A DNA stretch of 48,848 nt from Chthonomonadales bacterium. Its GTDB lineage: Bacteria > Armatimonadota > Chthonomonadetes > Chthonomonadales > CAJBBX01. A program made the position numbers and the translations under genes. The notes beneath the pieces were generated by a model. The model ran no database searches, was not told where the DNA came from, and saw only the letters and a program-made list of their open reading frames with translations. The first letter of the stretch is position 1. Every line of letters begins with the position of its first letter. Of this stretch, positions 1 to 8,468 are shown piece by piece. The stretch lies in assembly GCA_049967475.1 (NCBI GenBank), contig JBMFSQ010000025.1, positions 1 to 48,848 on the forward strand, written 5' to 3'.

Positions 1-1
1 G

Positions 2-375
2 CTGGCCAACTGCTACGTCGTGGCGGAGTTGGGATTGGGGCTGGTGCTGGGATGCGGGCATGGTGGACCTACGCCTAGAGCATGCTCTGTCGGGAGGGAG
101 CGGACGCGGCCGCCATCACAGTGGCAGTCCTATGCGCCGCGCAACCAGGCGGTGGCCGCAGGGGTTCTGCGGCTCCGTCCTGCGTGTCTTGGGTGTTTGC
201 TGGGTGCGCTCCTTCCATGCGGATTCTACTTCGCGGACTGCGGGTGGCCATGGCGGCGGGCTGGCGCGAATGCATCAACCGGTACTGGGATGCGTTTTAT
301 GAAGCGTGCATGAAGGACATTTTCTGCAAAGGCGCCATGTGGGCCTGCGGCTTCCTGTGCGGCGTGGGGAAGTAA
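2..375 (+). pseudogene. 3' end of a Cys-rich ORF entering from the left edge, apparently frameshifted near 255-260; candidate polymorphic-toxin C-terminal tip
   Basis: Frame 2 is open from base 2 and reads ...PACLGCLLGALLPCGFYFADCGWPWRR. Frame 1 then reads GWRECINRYWDAFYEACMKDIFCKGAMWACGFLCGVGK* (TAA 373-375). One added G in tggcggcgggctgg joins them into one Cys/Trp-rich peptide. Confidence 0.4.
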
Positions 376-490
376 ACGTGCTGGGCGTTGCATTAGATTT
401 GTGAGCGGGGCAAGCGCGTGGGCGAAAGCAATTTGGGGATGGCTAGAGCTTCCGGGCCACGGACGGCCCAGGCGCCGAGGGGTGAGTGCG

Positions 491-967
491 ATGAACAACA
501 AATGGGTGAATGCATTTCAGGCGGTGTGCGCGTGGGCTTTCGTATTCATGGGATGGACCATGCGGCAGACGGCGAGGAGTTCTCCTGAGATTGGCTGGTC
601 GATTTTCATTGCGTGCTTGGTGGGGTTGGCGGTGCGCTGGGCGATAATCCATGGCACTCCGCGCTTAGGGGTCGCCATGGCACGGTTGGCCCTGGTTGGG
701 GCTGGTTTGGCCATAGCGGCAGGAATGTGTTCGGAGGCGTTGACCCTTCTGTTGGTTGTAGGCATATCGACTGGCACCGCGAACGCGCGAATGATGTCGG
801 CGTATCGTGTGTGTTATTGGCACATGTTGTATTGGGGCCTTTGCATCTTGACGGTGGCCGGGCCCGCCGTAACCCCCTGGGTCCCGATGGGGCTGGGGGT
901 GGGTGTGGCTAGCTGTGTGGTCTATGGGGTGTGGCCTAAAGCTTGGGCGGCTGCGCCAGCCAGTTGA
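491..967 (+). CDS. Hypothetical multi-pass membrane protein (candidate immunity protein)
   Basis: ATG at 491 follows a purine-rich GAGGGGTGA. 158 aa with about 5-6 hydrophobic segments, directly downstream of the Cys-rich tip. Confidence 0.55.
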   Translation: MNNKWVNAFQAVCAWAFVFMGWTMRQTARSSPEIGWSIFIACLVGLAVRWAIIHGTPRLGVAMARLALVGAGLAIAAGMCSEALTLLLVVGISTGTANARMMSAYRVCYWHMLYWGLCILTVAGPAVTPWVPMGLGVGVASCVVYGVWPKAWAAAPAS

Positions 968-979
968 CGCGGTCGGCGT

Positions 980-1183
980 TTGGTGCGAATATACCGCACC
1001 CTCGGTAGCGGCGTTACCCCTGCACGGCCGCCTCCTGCGCAGGGGATCTGTGCCGCGCTGTGCGCCTATCTTGGCGGCAAGGGCTGCGACTGGCTCTGGA
1101 CGCAGTACTTCAAGTATCCCAAGAATAGCTGGTGGGCTAAACTTTGCTTGAGCATATACGACACTTTTTGCTTAGGGGAATGA
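980..1183 (+). CDS. Short Cys/Trp-rich ORF lacking a good start (candidate orphan toxin tip)
   Basis: GICAALCAYLGGKGCDWLWTQYFKYPKNSWWAKLCLSIYDTFCLGE*, 5 Cys. TTG start with no RBS. The stop lies 6 nt before the HEAT-repeat gene ATG. Confidence 0.45.
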   Translation: MVRIYRTLGSGVTPARPPPAQGICAALCAYLGGKGCDWLWTQYFKYPKNSWWAKLCLSIYDTFCLGE

Positions 1184-1189
1184 AAGACC

Positions 1190-1849
1190 ATGGCTCGCAC
1201 GCGAACCGATCGGAAGGCTGAGCTTGTCCGGAGATTGGGCGATCCTAACCCCGCCGTGCGCCGCACTGCTGTGGGGGCTTTGGGAAGTGCGAGGGGGCGG
1301 GCAGCCTGCGGAGCGCTGTTAGCCGCCCTCGACGATGAGGCAAAGGAGGTTCGTTCGGCCGCCGCCCTAGCCCTGGGCAAACGCTCATGTTCCGAGGCGG
1401 CCGAGCCCCTTGCCGCGCGGCTGCGCCACGATCCTTCGCCTCACGTGTGCATGATGTGCCTTGCGGCGCTCTGGCTCCTGTGCGGATGCTCTGCTTTGGA
1501 TCGGTATGTTGCCGCATTGGGCGATGGCGATGAACGGGTGATCTGGGCGGCCTGCGAAATCCTGGGGCAGTGAAAGAACGCGCAGATTGCGGGGTTGCTG
1601 CAACCCCTCATGCGGCACCCGTCCTGGCAGGTGCGGCTGCACGCTTGCAGCGCGCTGGCGGCGCTGGGTGCAGTGGATGCCGACGTAATGCGGACCGTGG
1701 ATGAGATCCACCATTCGCCGGAGGGTGAAGAGTGGAACCGCTGTGTCGAACGATCCCGGGAGATAGCCGGCAGGTTCGGAATGAGCGAACCGGGCGAGCC
1801 CACCTTCACAACGGCGGAGCTGCTCCACGCAGTGCGGAGGGCGTCCTAG
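1190..1849 (+). pseudogene. HEAT-repeat (PBS lyase-like) protein interrupted by an in-frame TGA at 1571-1573
   Basis: Repeats LGDPNPAVRRTAVGALG, LDDEAKEVRSAAALALG, LRHDPSPHV, LGDGDERVIWAACEILG, MRHPSWQVRLHACSALAALG. ORFs 1190..1573 and 1595..1849 share a frame and the repeat continues across the stop (ILGQ*KNAQIAGLLQPLMRHP). Confidence 0.8.
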
Positions 1850-1904
1850 CGACCCTCCACGGATCAATCCCAATCGCCGCTCTGCATTATTCCCTCTGCC
1901 CGCC

Positions 1905-2318
1905 TTGGTCTACTTTGCAATCAGCTCTGGCCAAACGCACTGGCGGTGGGAGCAGGCGGAAGAAGAGGGGCTTGCGGGCGTTGGGCCAGAAAAGGCACCT
2001 CGCGTCCCGATGTATGATCTTGCCGTGCAGATCGAGAGGTCGGCACGCGGCGTTCCGCTGGTCAGATGGCCCATTCATTTCTGCAGCCCCGGGCAGGTTG
2101 CAAGCTGCGTAGTGTTTTGCAGGTCGCGGGGTGCGATTTACGCTGGCTGTGTCGTGGTGGGGAGCACCGTCTATTGCTTCTGCCTCCCCAGGATCAGGCG
2201 TTGCTCGTTAGCCCAGGTACTTGTGTGCAAGGCTGGGTGCCGTGCTCGCGGTGCCTGGTACGCAGGCTGCATCGTTGTTGGAACCACAGTGCACTGTTTC
2301 TGCGTGCGGCTCGTTTGA
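1905..2318 (+). CDS. Protein fragment with two tandem CS-alpha/beta defensin-like six-Cys motifs
   Basis: CSPGQVASCVVFCRSRGAIYAGCVVVGSTVYCFC and CSLAQVLVCKAGCRARGAWYAGCIVVGTTVHCFC, both C-x7-C-x3-C-x9-C-x8-C-x-C. Start uncertain (TTG 1905 or ATG 2010, no clear RBS). Confidence 0.7.
   Translation: MVYFAISSGQTHWRWEQAEEEGLAGVGPEKAPRVPMYDLAVQIERSARGVPLVRWPIHFCSPGQVASCVVFCRSRGAIYAGCVVVGSTVYCFCLPRIRRCSLAQVLVCKAGCRARGAWYAGCIVVGTTVHCFCVRLV
2082..2303 (+). repeat. Diverged tandem duplication, 120-nt (40-codon) period, encoding the two six-Cys motifs
   Basis: Copies at 2082-2183 and 2202-2303. 22 of 34 residues identical including all six Cys, with many synonymous nucleotide differences. Confidence 0.85.
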
Positions 2319-2356
2319 GCCTGAAACTGGGACGGAGGATACCTGGAGGGTTTGCG

Positions 2357-2722
2357 ATGAGGTTCAAATTTCCCCGAGTGCGGTGGATCGCGTTCCACGC
2401 GGACGAGGAGAATGCGCCGCAAGAGCCCGCAGACGAGATTCTCTCTCTTATTCAGGCCGCCGCCCACCGCCACGACATGGGCGACTTGGAGGGTGCGATG
2501 GCGGGTTACGAGCGCGCCGCAAGGGAGCTCGATGCGCGCTGGGACCGCCTCGACCGTGTGGATCGGCACAACTGTAGTGTAGTGTACATGCTGTGGGGCT
2601 GGGCGATGATGCAGAAGGCGCAGGCACTTCGGAGGGCAGCCAGGCGCCACCTGCGCGACGCAATAAAACGCAATCCATGGTCCGCCCGAGCCTGGTGGCA
2701 CCTGCTGCTTAGTAGGATGTGA
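2357..2722 (+). CDS. Small helical TPR-like protein (candidate immunity/chaperone)
   Basis: RBS GGAGG at 2345-2349 before ATG 2357. 121 aa with TPR-like segments GDLEGAMAGYERAA and ARRHLRDAIKRNPWSARAWWHL. Confidence 0.65.
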   Translation: MRFKFPRVRWIAFHADEENAPQEPADEILSLIQAAAHRHDMGDLEGAMAGYERAARELDARWDRLDRVDRHNCSVVYMLWGWAMMQKAQALRRAARRHLRDAIKRNPWSARAWWHLLLSRM

Positions 2723-2844
2723 CAACCGCAAGGGGCACGTGCCTCACGCCTTCGGCTCCAACAAGACCTCCGTGCCTAGGAGCCGCGCGCACATCGTCAG
2801 TCCCAGCATCCGCGAGGCTCAATAAGCGGGCGGCGATTACGGCC

Positions 2845-3738
2845 TCATCGGAGCAAAGCATCCACAAAACCCGGGGCATCGAAATCTTCCAAATCCTCGG
2901 CCCGCTCGCCGGTGCCCACGAGTTTGATGGGGAGGCCAAGTTCATCGGCTAGAGTGAGGACGATGCCTCCGCGGGCGGTTCCGTCCAGCTTCGCCAGAAC
3001 GAGGCCCGTCACCGGTACAGCCTGCATGAACTGGCGTGCCTGGCTTATGGCATTCTGGCCGGTGGTGGCGTCCAGCACGAGCAAGGTCTCGTCTGCCGGG
3101 CGCCCGAGAGCGCGCCGGATCACACGATCGGTCTTTTTGAGCTCTTCCATCAGATTGACTTTGGTGTGGATGCGCCCTGCGGTGTCCGCAATAACGTAAT
3201 CCGCCTCACGGGCGCGGGCAGCCTGGATGGCGTCATAGACGACTGCCGAGGGATCCGCCCCTTCACGGTGCTTCACGAGATTCGCGCCGACGCGGTCGCT
3301 CCATAGCTGAAGCTGATCAATGGCTGCGGCACGAAACGTGTCCGCCGCCGCCACGACAACGCGCTTGCCCTGCTCAGTGTACCGATGGGCGAGTTTGGCG
3401 ATGGTGGTGGTCTTGCCCACGCCGTTGACGCCGACGATCACCAAGACCGTGGGAGGCACGGGGGACACCTTGATGGCACATCCGTGGGACTGAGCCTTTT
3501 GCAGAACGCCCAGAAGGCTTTCACGCAGGCGGCCCCGCACTTCACCGGCATCACGCAGGCGCTCCTCGCGAACGGCCTTCCGCAGGTCCTCCAGAACGCC
3601 GAGCGTCGTATGGACGTTCACGTCGGCGGCAAGGAGGGCTCCTTCCAGTTCCTCAAAAAGCTCCTCGTCAATACGCCCTCGGCCGGTAAGGAGCGTGTCA
3701 ACCTTCTGAAAAATGGATTTTACGAAGCCGAAGCGCAT
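2845..3738 (-). CDS. ftsY: Signal recognition particle receptor FtsY
   Basis: GVNGVGKTTTIAKLA, DTFRAAAIDQL, DTAGR, DATTGQN, KLDGTARGG motifs. NG domain only, start at MRFGFVK. Confidence 0.97.
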   Translation of the reverse strand: MRFGFVKSIFQKVDTLLTGRGRIDEELFEELEGALLAADVNVHTTLGVLEDLRKAVREERLRDAGEVRGRLRESLLGVLQKAQSHGCAIKVSPVPPTVLVIVGVNGVGKTTTIAKLAHRYTEQGKRVVVAAADTFRAAAIDQLQLWSDRVGANLVKHREGADPSAVVYDAIQAARAREADYVIADTAGRIHTKVNLMEELKKTDRVIRRALGRPADETLLVLDATTGQNAISQARQFMQAVPVTGLVLAKLDGTARGGIVLTLADELGLPIKLVGTGERAEDLEDFDAPGFVDALLR

Positions 3739-3775
3739 AGATGGAGGAGCCTGGCGAGAATGAAACGCCGCATCA

Positions 3776-4618
3776 TTATACCCGGCCGGCCCGGGAAGGC
3801 CCCAATCCCTCTTCGGATCCCAGCCTCCACAACCTCCACGCACATAGGTAGGCGCCGCTGAGGCCGAAGGCGATCACCGGGAGTACAGAACCCGCGGGCA
3901 GCCGGGCAAGGACGGCCCCGCTGACTGCTGCACCGACACTTCCGCCCACGTACATCCAGCCGGCAGCGCCGCCGGGAACCGTCCCCGCGAGCAAATGGAC
4001 CAGAGTGGGGAGGATGCCCGCGAGGCCGGCTACAGCCAAAGCATATACGATGGACGGCGCGCTCCCGGCGCCGCACAATCGGGCCACGGCGAGAATGATC
4101 AATACGCCTGCCGGAACTTCAAACAGAGCACTCAACAAACCCGCCCAGAAGCCCACCAGCACGTACCCCGCAGGGGTCGCGAAGGGGCCTACCTCTGTCG
4201 CGCTGGGCAATTGTGAGGCATGGAACGCCGGCCCCATAAAAGCCAGCGCGCCGAACATCGCCAGGGTGAGGACCGCCTTTCGGAAGATGCGCGCCGCATG
4301 CATTTGCGATCCGCGCACGCCGATCATAGCCCCGATAGCCGCTGACACCGCCAGGAGGACGGCCTGCATCCAATGAAACTGCATCCCCGAGAAGCGTGCT
4401 CCGGCAACCGCAGCCGCAGAGGTCAAGAGGCCGAAGAATGCCGATGCTCCCGCCACCCGCTCCGGACGAAGACCCAGCATGGCTTCGATCAAGCCGGCGG
4501 CAGGCATTTGCGTGCCTAACCCGGTGAAGCCTCCCCAAGTGCCGAGCACCACCCCGAAGAACCCCATCACTGCCCCTTTGACGAGGGGAATGTTGATCTT
4601 GCGCCGCCGAAAGCTCAT
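3776..4618 (-). CDS. TauE/SafE (sulfite exporter-like) membrane protein
   Basis: About 8 TM segments in two related halves (GFFGVVLGTWGGFTGLG / GFWAGLLSALFEVPAG). GGAGG RBS upstream of ATG 4618. Confidence 0.65.
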   Translation of the reverse strand: MSFRRRKINIPLVKGAVMGFFGVVLGTWGGFTGLGTQMPAAGLIEAMLGLRPERVAGASAFFGLLTSAAAVAGARFSGMQFHWMQAVLLAVSAAIGAMIGVRGSQMHAARIFRKAVLTLAMFGALAFMGPAFHASQLPSATEVGPFATPAGYVLVGFWAGLLSALFEVPAGVLIILAVARLCGAGSAPSIVYALAVAGLAGILPTLVHLLAGTVPGGAAGWMYVGGSVGAAVSGAVLARLPAGSVLPVIAFGLSGAYLCAWRLWRLGSEEGLGPSRAGRV

Positions 4619-4641
4619 CGCAGCGCCTCCACAGGGGGTCT

Positions 4642-6003
4642 CTAGCCCTTGATGCCCGTGAGCGTAACGCCCTGGATGAAGTACCTCTGGGTGAAGAAGA
4701 ACAGCACTACGATGGGCAGCACCATCATCGTGGAGGCCGCCATGAGCAGGCCGGGTTCCCCTCCGTGGGCTGTCTGGAAAAGCTGCAACGCGTAGGAAAG
4801 CGGCATCCGCGTAGGGGAACTCACGTAGATAAGGGGACCCATGAAGTTGTTCCACGACCCCATGAAGGTCATGATGGTGATGGCTGCCAGCGCCGGCTTG
4901 ATGAGCGGCAGCATGATGCGGCGGTAGATGCCGAAGTAAGAGCAGCCGTCTATCTTGGCCGCATCCTCAAGGTCGTTGGGGATCGTCATGAAGAATTGGC
5001 GCAACAGGAAGATATTGAAGGCGCTTCCCAAAAATGAGGGTACCCATAACGGCCTTAGGGTGTCTATCCACCCAAGCCACCGAAAGATGAGAAACACCGG
5101 CATCATCGTGACGGCGCCGGGAAGCATCATGGTGGCGAGAAGTACCACGAAGAGCGCATCCCGACCGGGCCACCGCAGCCTCGCGAAGCTGAAGGCGACG
5201 AGCGAGCTGGAGAGGACGGTGCCGATCACCGTAAGGCTGGAGAGAAATAACGTGTTATAGAGGAAAACGAGGCCGCGGTGCGTTTCCGGGGGAAGGAACT
5301 TCAATGCGTCGGGATAGTTCTTCCACACGGGTGCGAAGTGCTTTACCTTCTTCACTTGTGAGCGCGGAACCTCAAACTGCACGCGGCGGCGCGCCATGTC
5401 CAAAGCTTCCGCCTGCTGAACGGGTGTGGGTGAGTAGCCGTCGCCTTTGAGGGCCGGGCCCAGAACCTGCACCCGGTTGTTCCCATTCTCCTGCTCCTCC
5501 AGAACGGCGACGCGGAGCGGTAATCCGTGATAGAGCGTGGTTGCGAGCCCTGCTTCCTTGCCGTCTATGCGCACCTTTACCTGCTGGCGCGGGATCCACA
5601 CGGGCGGGAATTGGCTCATATCCTCATCTTCCTTGAGAGAGGTCACCACGAGCCACGCGAAGGGCACCATGAAGATGACGGCGCCGGTCATCAAAACAAG
5701 GTGCAGCAGTGTTTTCCGGCCCGCTTCTCGTCCTGCCCTGGCTTCCTTCCAGCGGATACCTGGGCGCACCAGCGCGGCATAGATCAGGCCGAACAAAGCC
5801 AATGCGACGGCATCGGCGCCCGCCAACGCCCAAGCGGCCCCAACCGGTAGGATGCGCGCACAGGCCACCGCCAGGCCCATAGCCACTCCCACGAAAAAGA
5901 AAACGACACGCCCGCGGCGCATGCCTGCCGCCGACACCGCGGCCGCTGCGGCGAGGGCGGCATAGGCACCGATTACTGCGACGAGCCATACAAGAGGCGT
6001 CAT
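4642..6003 (-). CDS. Carbohydrate ABC transporter permease (MalG-like) with N-terminal membrane extension
   Basis: EAA loop IPNDLEDAAKIDGCS, FLLRQFF, QRYFIQG. The ATG overlaps the upstream gene's stop. Confidence 0.93.
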   Translation of the reverse strand: MTPLVWLVAVIGAYAALAAAAAVSAAGMRRGRVVFFFVGVAMGLAVACARILPVGAAWALAGADAVALALFGLIYAALVRPGIRWKEARAGREAGRKTLLHLVLMTGAVIFMVPFAWLVVTSLKEDEDMSQFPPVWIPRQQVKVRIDGKEAGLATTLYHGLPLRVAVLEEQENGNNRVQVLGPALKGDGYSPTPVQQAEALDMARRRVQFEVPRSQVKKVKHFAPVWKNYPDALKFLPPETHRGLVFLYNTLFLSSLTVIGTVLSSSLVAFSFARLRWPGRDALFVVLLATMMLPGAVTMMPVFLIFRWLGWIDTLRPLWVPSFLGSAFNIFLLRQFFMTIPNDLEDAAKIDGCSYFGIYRRIMLPLIKPALAAITIMTFMGSWNNFMGPLIYVSSPTRMPLSYALQLFQTAHGGEPGLLMAASTMMVLPIVVLFFFTQRYFIQGVTLTGIKG

Positions 6004-8468
6004 TTCTTTTCCGCCTCGTAATGAACCCACCTGGGGGCGAGTTTGAGCTGGGCGGCCGTAAGAAGCAGGATGATTACGAACAGCACCCACGCTAGAGCCG
6101 ACGCATATCCCATCTTGAAGTACCGGAACGCATTGTTGAACAAGTACATCACTGGCACCAGCAGGCTGTCCACGGGGCCCACGGAACTCCCGGTTCCTGC
6201 ATTGCCCAGAATGTATACCCGGTCGAACTCCTGGAGGGCGCCGATGGTGCCCATGATGAGGTTGAAGAACACGTATGGAGAAAGCATGGGCAGCGTAACG
6301 TTGCGGAATTGCGTCCAAGCGCCCGCCCCGTCTATCTCGGCAGCTTCGTAGAGTTGCTGGGGAATGCCTTGCAGCCCGGCTAACCACAGGATCATCCCGC
6401 CGCCGGCACCCCACAATCCCTGAATGATGAGGCCGGGCTTGGCCCATTCAGCCGCCCCAAACCAACCCGGCGGGTCTATATGAGACCATGGAGTGATCGC
6501 AGCCTTCCAGAACGCATTGAGCAGGCCGCGGTTCGGGTCGCCATTGAGGACCCAAGCCCACAGCACCGCACTCGCCACCACCGGAACGATGGAAGGCAGG
6601 TAGTACATGGTGCGATAGGCGCTCATACCCCACACCTTCGTGTTGAGGAGCATGGCGATGGCCAATCCGGTTACGATGCCCAAAGGAATGCCGAAGGCCG
6701 CGAGATAGGCCACGTTGTAGAGCGACTTCCAGAGGTAGTACCGGTCTACCCCGAAGATCTCCACGTAATTGAGGATGCCCACATACCGGGGCGGATGAAG
6801 CACGTCGTAGTCGCAGAAGCTCAGAAAGATGGAGGTGACGATGGGCCCGGCAGTGAGGATCAGGAAACCCAGGATCCAGGGACCTGCGAACGCATAACCT
6901 GCAAAGGCTTCGCTGCGAGAGATGGGACCCATCCGTGCGATGGTAACGATGCGCCATACAGCCAATGCGACGATTGCCCCACCTAGGATCAGCGCGATGA
7001 GCACCGGCACACGAGGATCCAGGAGAGGCAATTTTTGCCGGTTGAAGGCTTTGTTGAGCTCGATCTGCACCACACGCGCGCCATCGTCGAGTGCTGCTTG
7101 GGGCGTCATGTGGGTGTCGGCATGATGGGTAGCGCGATCCATGGCCCGTACCTGCTCATCCCACAACCGTTGGCCCACAAAGGTCACGGGCCGGAACTTC
7201 GCATAGGGCATCATGTCTATGAAGAACTTCAGGGGTTTGCGGAACTTTTCCGCAGCCGGCGCGAAGCGAGCGAAGACCGCTTCATTCACCCTAAGGTTCG
7301 CCGAGATGCTCGGTACGTAGGGCCGGCCTTTGCTCCGGTTGTATGCCTGCTGAGCGGCGGCATCCAGCAGATTCGCCTCGGGACTGCACATCCATTTGAT
7401 GAATTCCCACGCCGCCTCCACGTGGGGAGCGCCTACAGGGATCGCGTAGGAGAAGCCTCCCGACCATGTAATGAACGGGGGCTCGCCTTTGAAGCGCCCA
7501 GGATGGCCGGATCTCAGTGCCTCCAACCGCTCCCGCGGAACCGGCGCCGGCGCCACCCCAAAATCCAGGTCTGGACCGTACCGGGCGATGCTGTTAAGTA
7601 CCCAGTTGCCGTCAATCTTCATGGCCACCTTGCCGGTTAGGAAGGGGTCCAGTTCATTGGTCTGAAAGCCGGAGGCGAAGGAGTCCACCTTCGTTACTCC
7701 GCCTAGGGCGTCGTAAAGGTCCACCATGAATTGCAGCGCCCCTACGGTGTAGGGGTTGTTCATAGTGCACGTGCGCCCATCTGCCGACATGAACTCGCCG
7801 CCGTTTTGCCAGCTATAGAGGTAGAGCCACGAGTTGCCGTAGTTGGGAATGAAGCCGATGCGCGCGAAGGAGCCGTCGGGGTTCAGGCGGGTGAGGCGCA
7901 GGGCGTCGGCCTTGAGTTCATCCCAAGTGCGCGGAGGACGGTCCGGATCCAATCCCGCTTCACGGAAGAGGCTTCGGTTGTAATAGAGGGCGCGGTCGTC
8001 GGTACCGGCCGGGATCGCATAAACATGCCCGCGGTACATGGCCTCTGCCCAGCAGGCGTGGTAGTAATCCTCCGGCCGCACTCCCATGGGACGATTGCGG
8101 TCCCTCGCAATCAGGTCATCGAGGGGCCGGAAGGTGTCCCGTGAAGCCCAGTCGCCGATGGTGAAGCGGTCCTGGTAGATGACGTCCGGGGGCACCTTGC
8201 CCACGATGGCCGTCATGAGCTTTTGGGGGTTCATCTGGCCGGCGCCCATGCTGAGGACGCTTACGCGGATGTTGGGGTGGCGGCGCTCGAATTCGTGGAT
8301 GCGGGCTTCCAGTCCCTTCGTTTCTTCGCCGAACTGCAAACCCCACACCACCAACTTGATGGTGCCGGGCGGCAACCGCTCTTGCGCACATCCTGCCAAA
8401 GCAAGCGCAGCGGCGATAAGAAAGAGGACAGTGAGAAGAAGACGCACACGGGGGCAACAACGGGCCAT
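6000..8468 (-). CDS. Fused sugar-binding lipoprotein + ABC permease (MalE-MalF-like)
   Basis: Lipobox LALAGC, SBP motifs (LYYNRSLFREAGLDP..PPRTWDEL, AAWEFIKW), C-terminal permease with LQGIPQQLYEAAEIDGAG and MGYASALAW. Start may be 8468 or further upstream (ORF open to 8528). Confidence 0.92.
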   Translation of the reverse strand: MARCCPRVRLLLTVLFLIAAALALAGCAQERLPPGTIKLVVWGLQFGEETKGLEARIHEFERRHPNIRVSVLSMGAGQMNPQKLMTAIVGKVPPDVIYQDRFTIGDWASRDTFRPLDDLIARDRNRPMGVRPEDYYHACWAEAMYRGHVYAIPAGTDDRALYYNRSLFREAGLDPDRPPRTWDELKADALRLTRLNPDGSFARIGFIPNYGNSWLYLYSWQNGGEFMSADGRTCTMNNPYTVGALQFMVDLYDALGGVTKVDSFASGFQTNELDPFLTGKVAMKIDGNWVLNSIARYGPDLDFGVAPAPVPRERLEALRSGHPGRFKGEPPFITWSGGFSYAIPVGAPHVEAAWEFIKWMCSPEANLLDAAAQQAYNRSKGRPYVPSISANLRVNEAVFARFAPAAEKFRKPLKFFIDMMPYAKFRPVTFVGQRLWDEQVRAMDRATHHADTHMTPQAALDDGARVVQIELNKAFNRQKLPLLDPRVPVLIALILGGAIVALAVWRIVTIARMGPISRSEAFAGYAFAGPWILGFLILTAGPIVTSIFLSFCDYDVLHPPRYVGILNYVEIFGVDRYYLWKSLYNVAYLAAFGIPLGIVTGLAIAMLLNTKVWGMSAYRTMYYLPSIVPVVASAVLWAWVLNGDPNRGLLNAFWKAAITPWSHIDPPGWFGAAEWAKPGLIIQGLWGAGGGMILWLAGLQGIPQQLYEAAEIDGAGAWTQFRNVTLPMLSPYVFFNLIMGTIGALQEFDRVYILGNAGTGSSVGPVDSLLVPVMYLFNNAFRYFKMGYASALAWVLFVIILLLTAAQLKLAPRWVHYEAEKK

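Noticed and set aside
2082..2303. The tandem repeat as a CRISPR array or non-coding repeat
   Set aside because: Only two copies, a period that is a multiple of three, and conservation at the amino-acid rather than nucleotide level.
2066..2356. N-terminal extension of the 2066-2722 ORF
   Set aside because: It overlaps the defensin-like frame. A clear GGAGG RBS supports the start at 2357.
2845..3738. FtsY without an acidic N-terminal domain
   Set aside because: NG-only FtsY is common outside enterobacteria.
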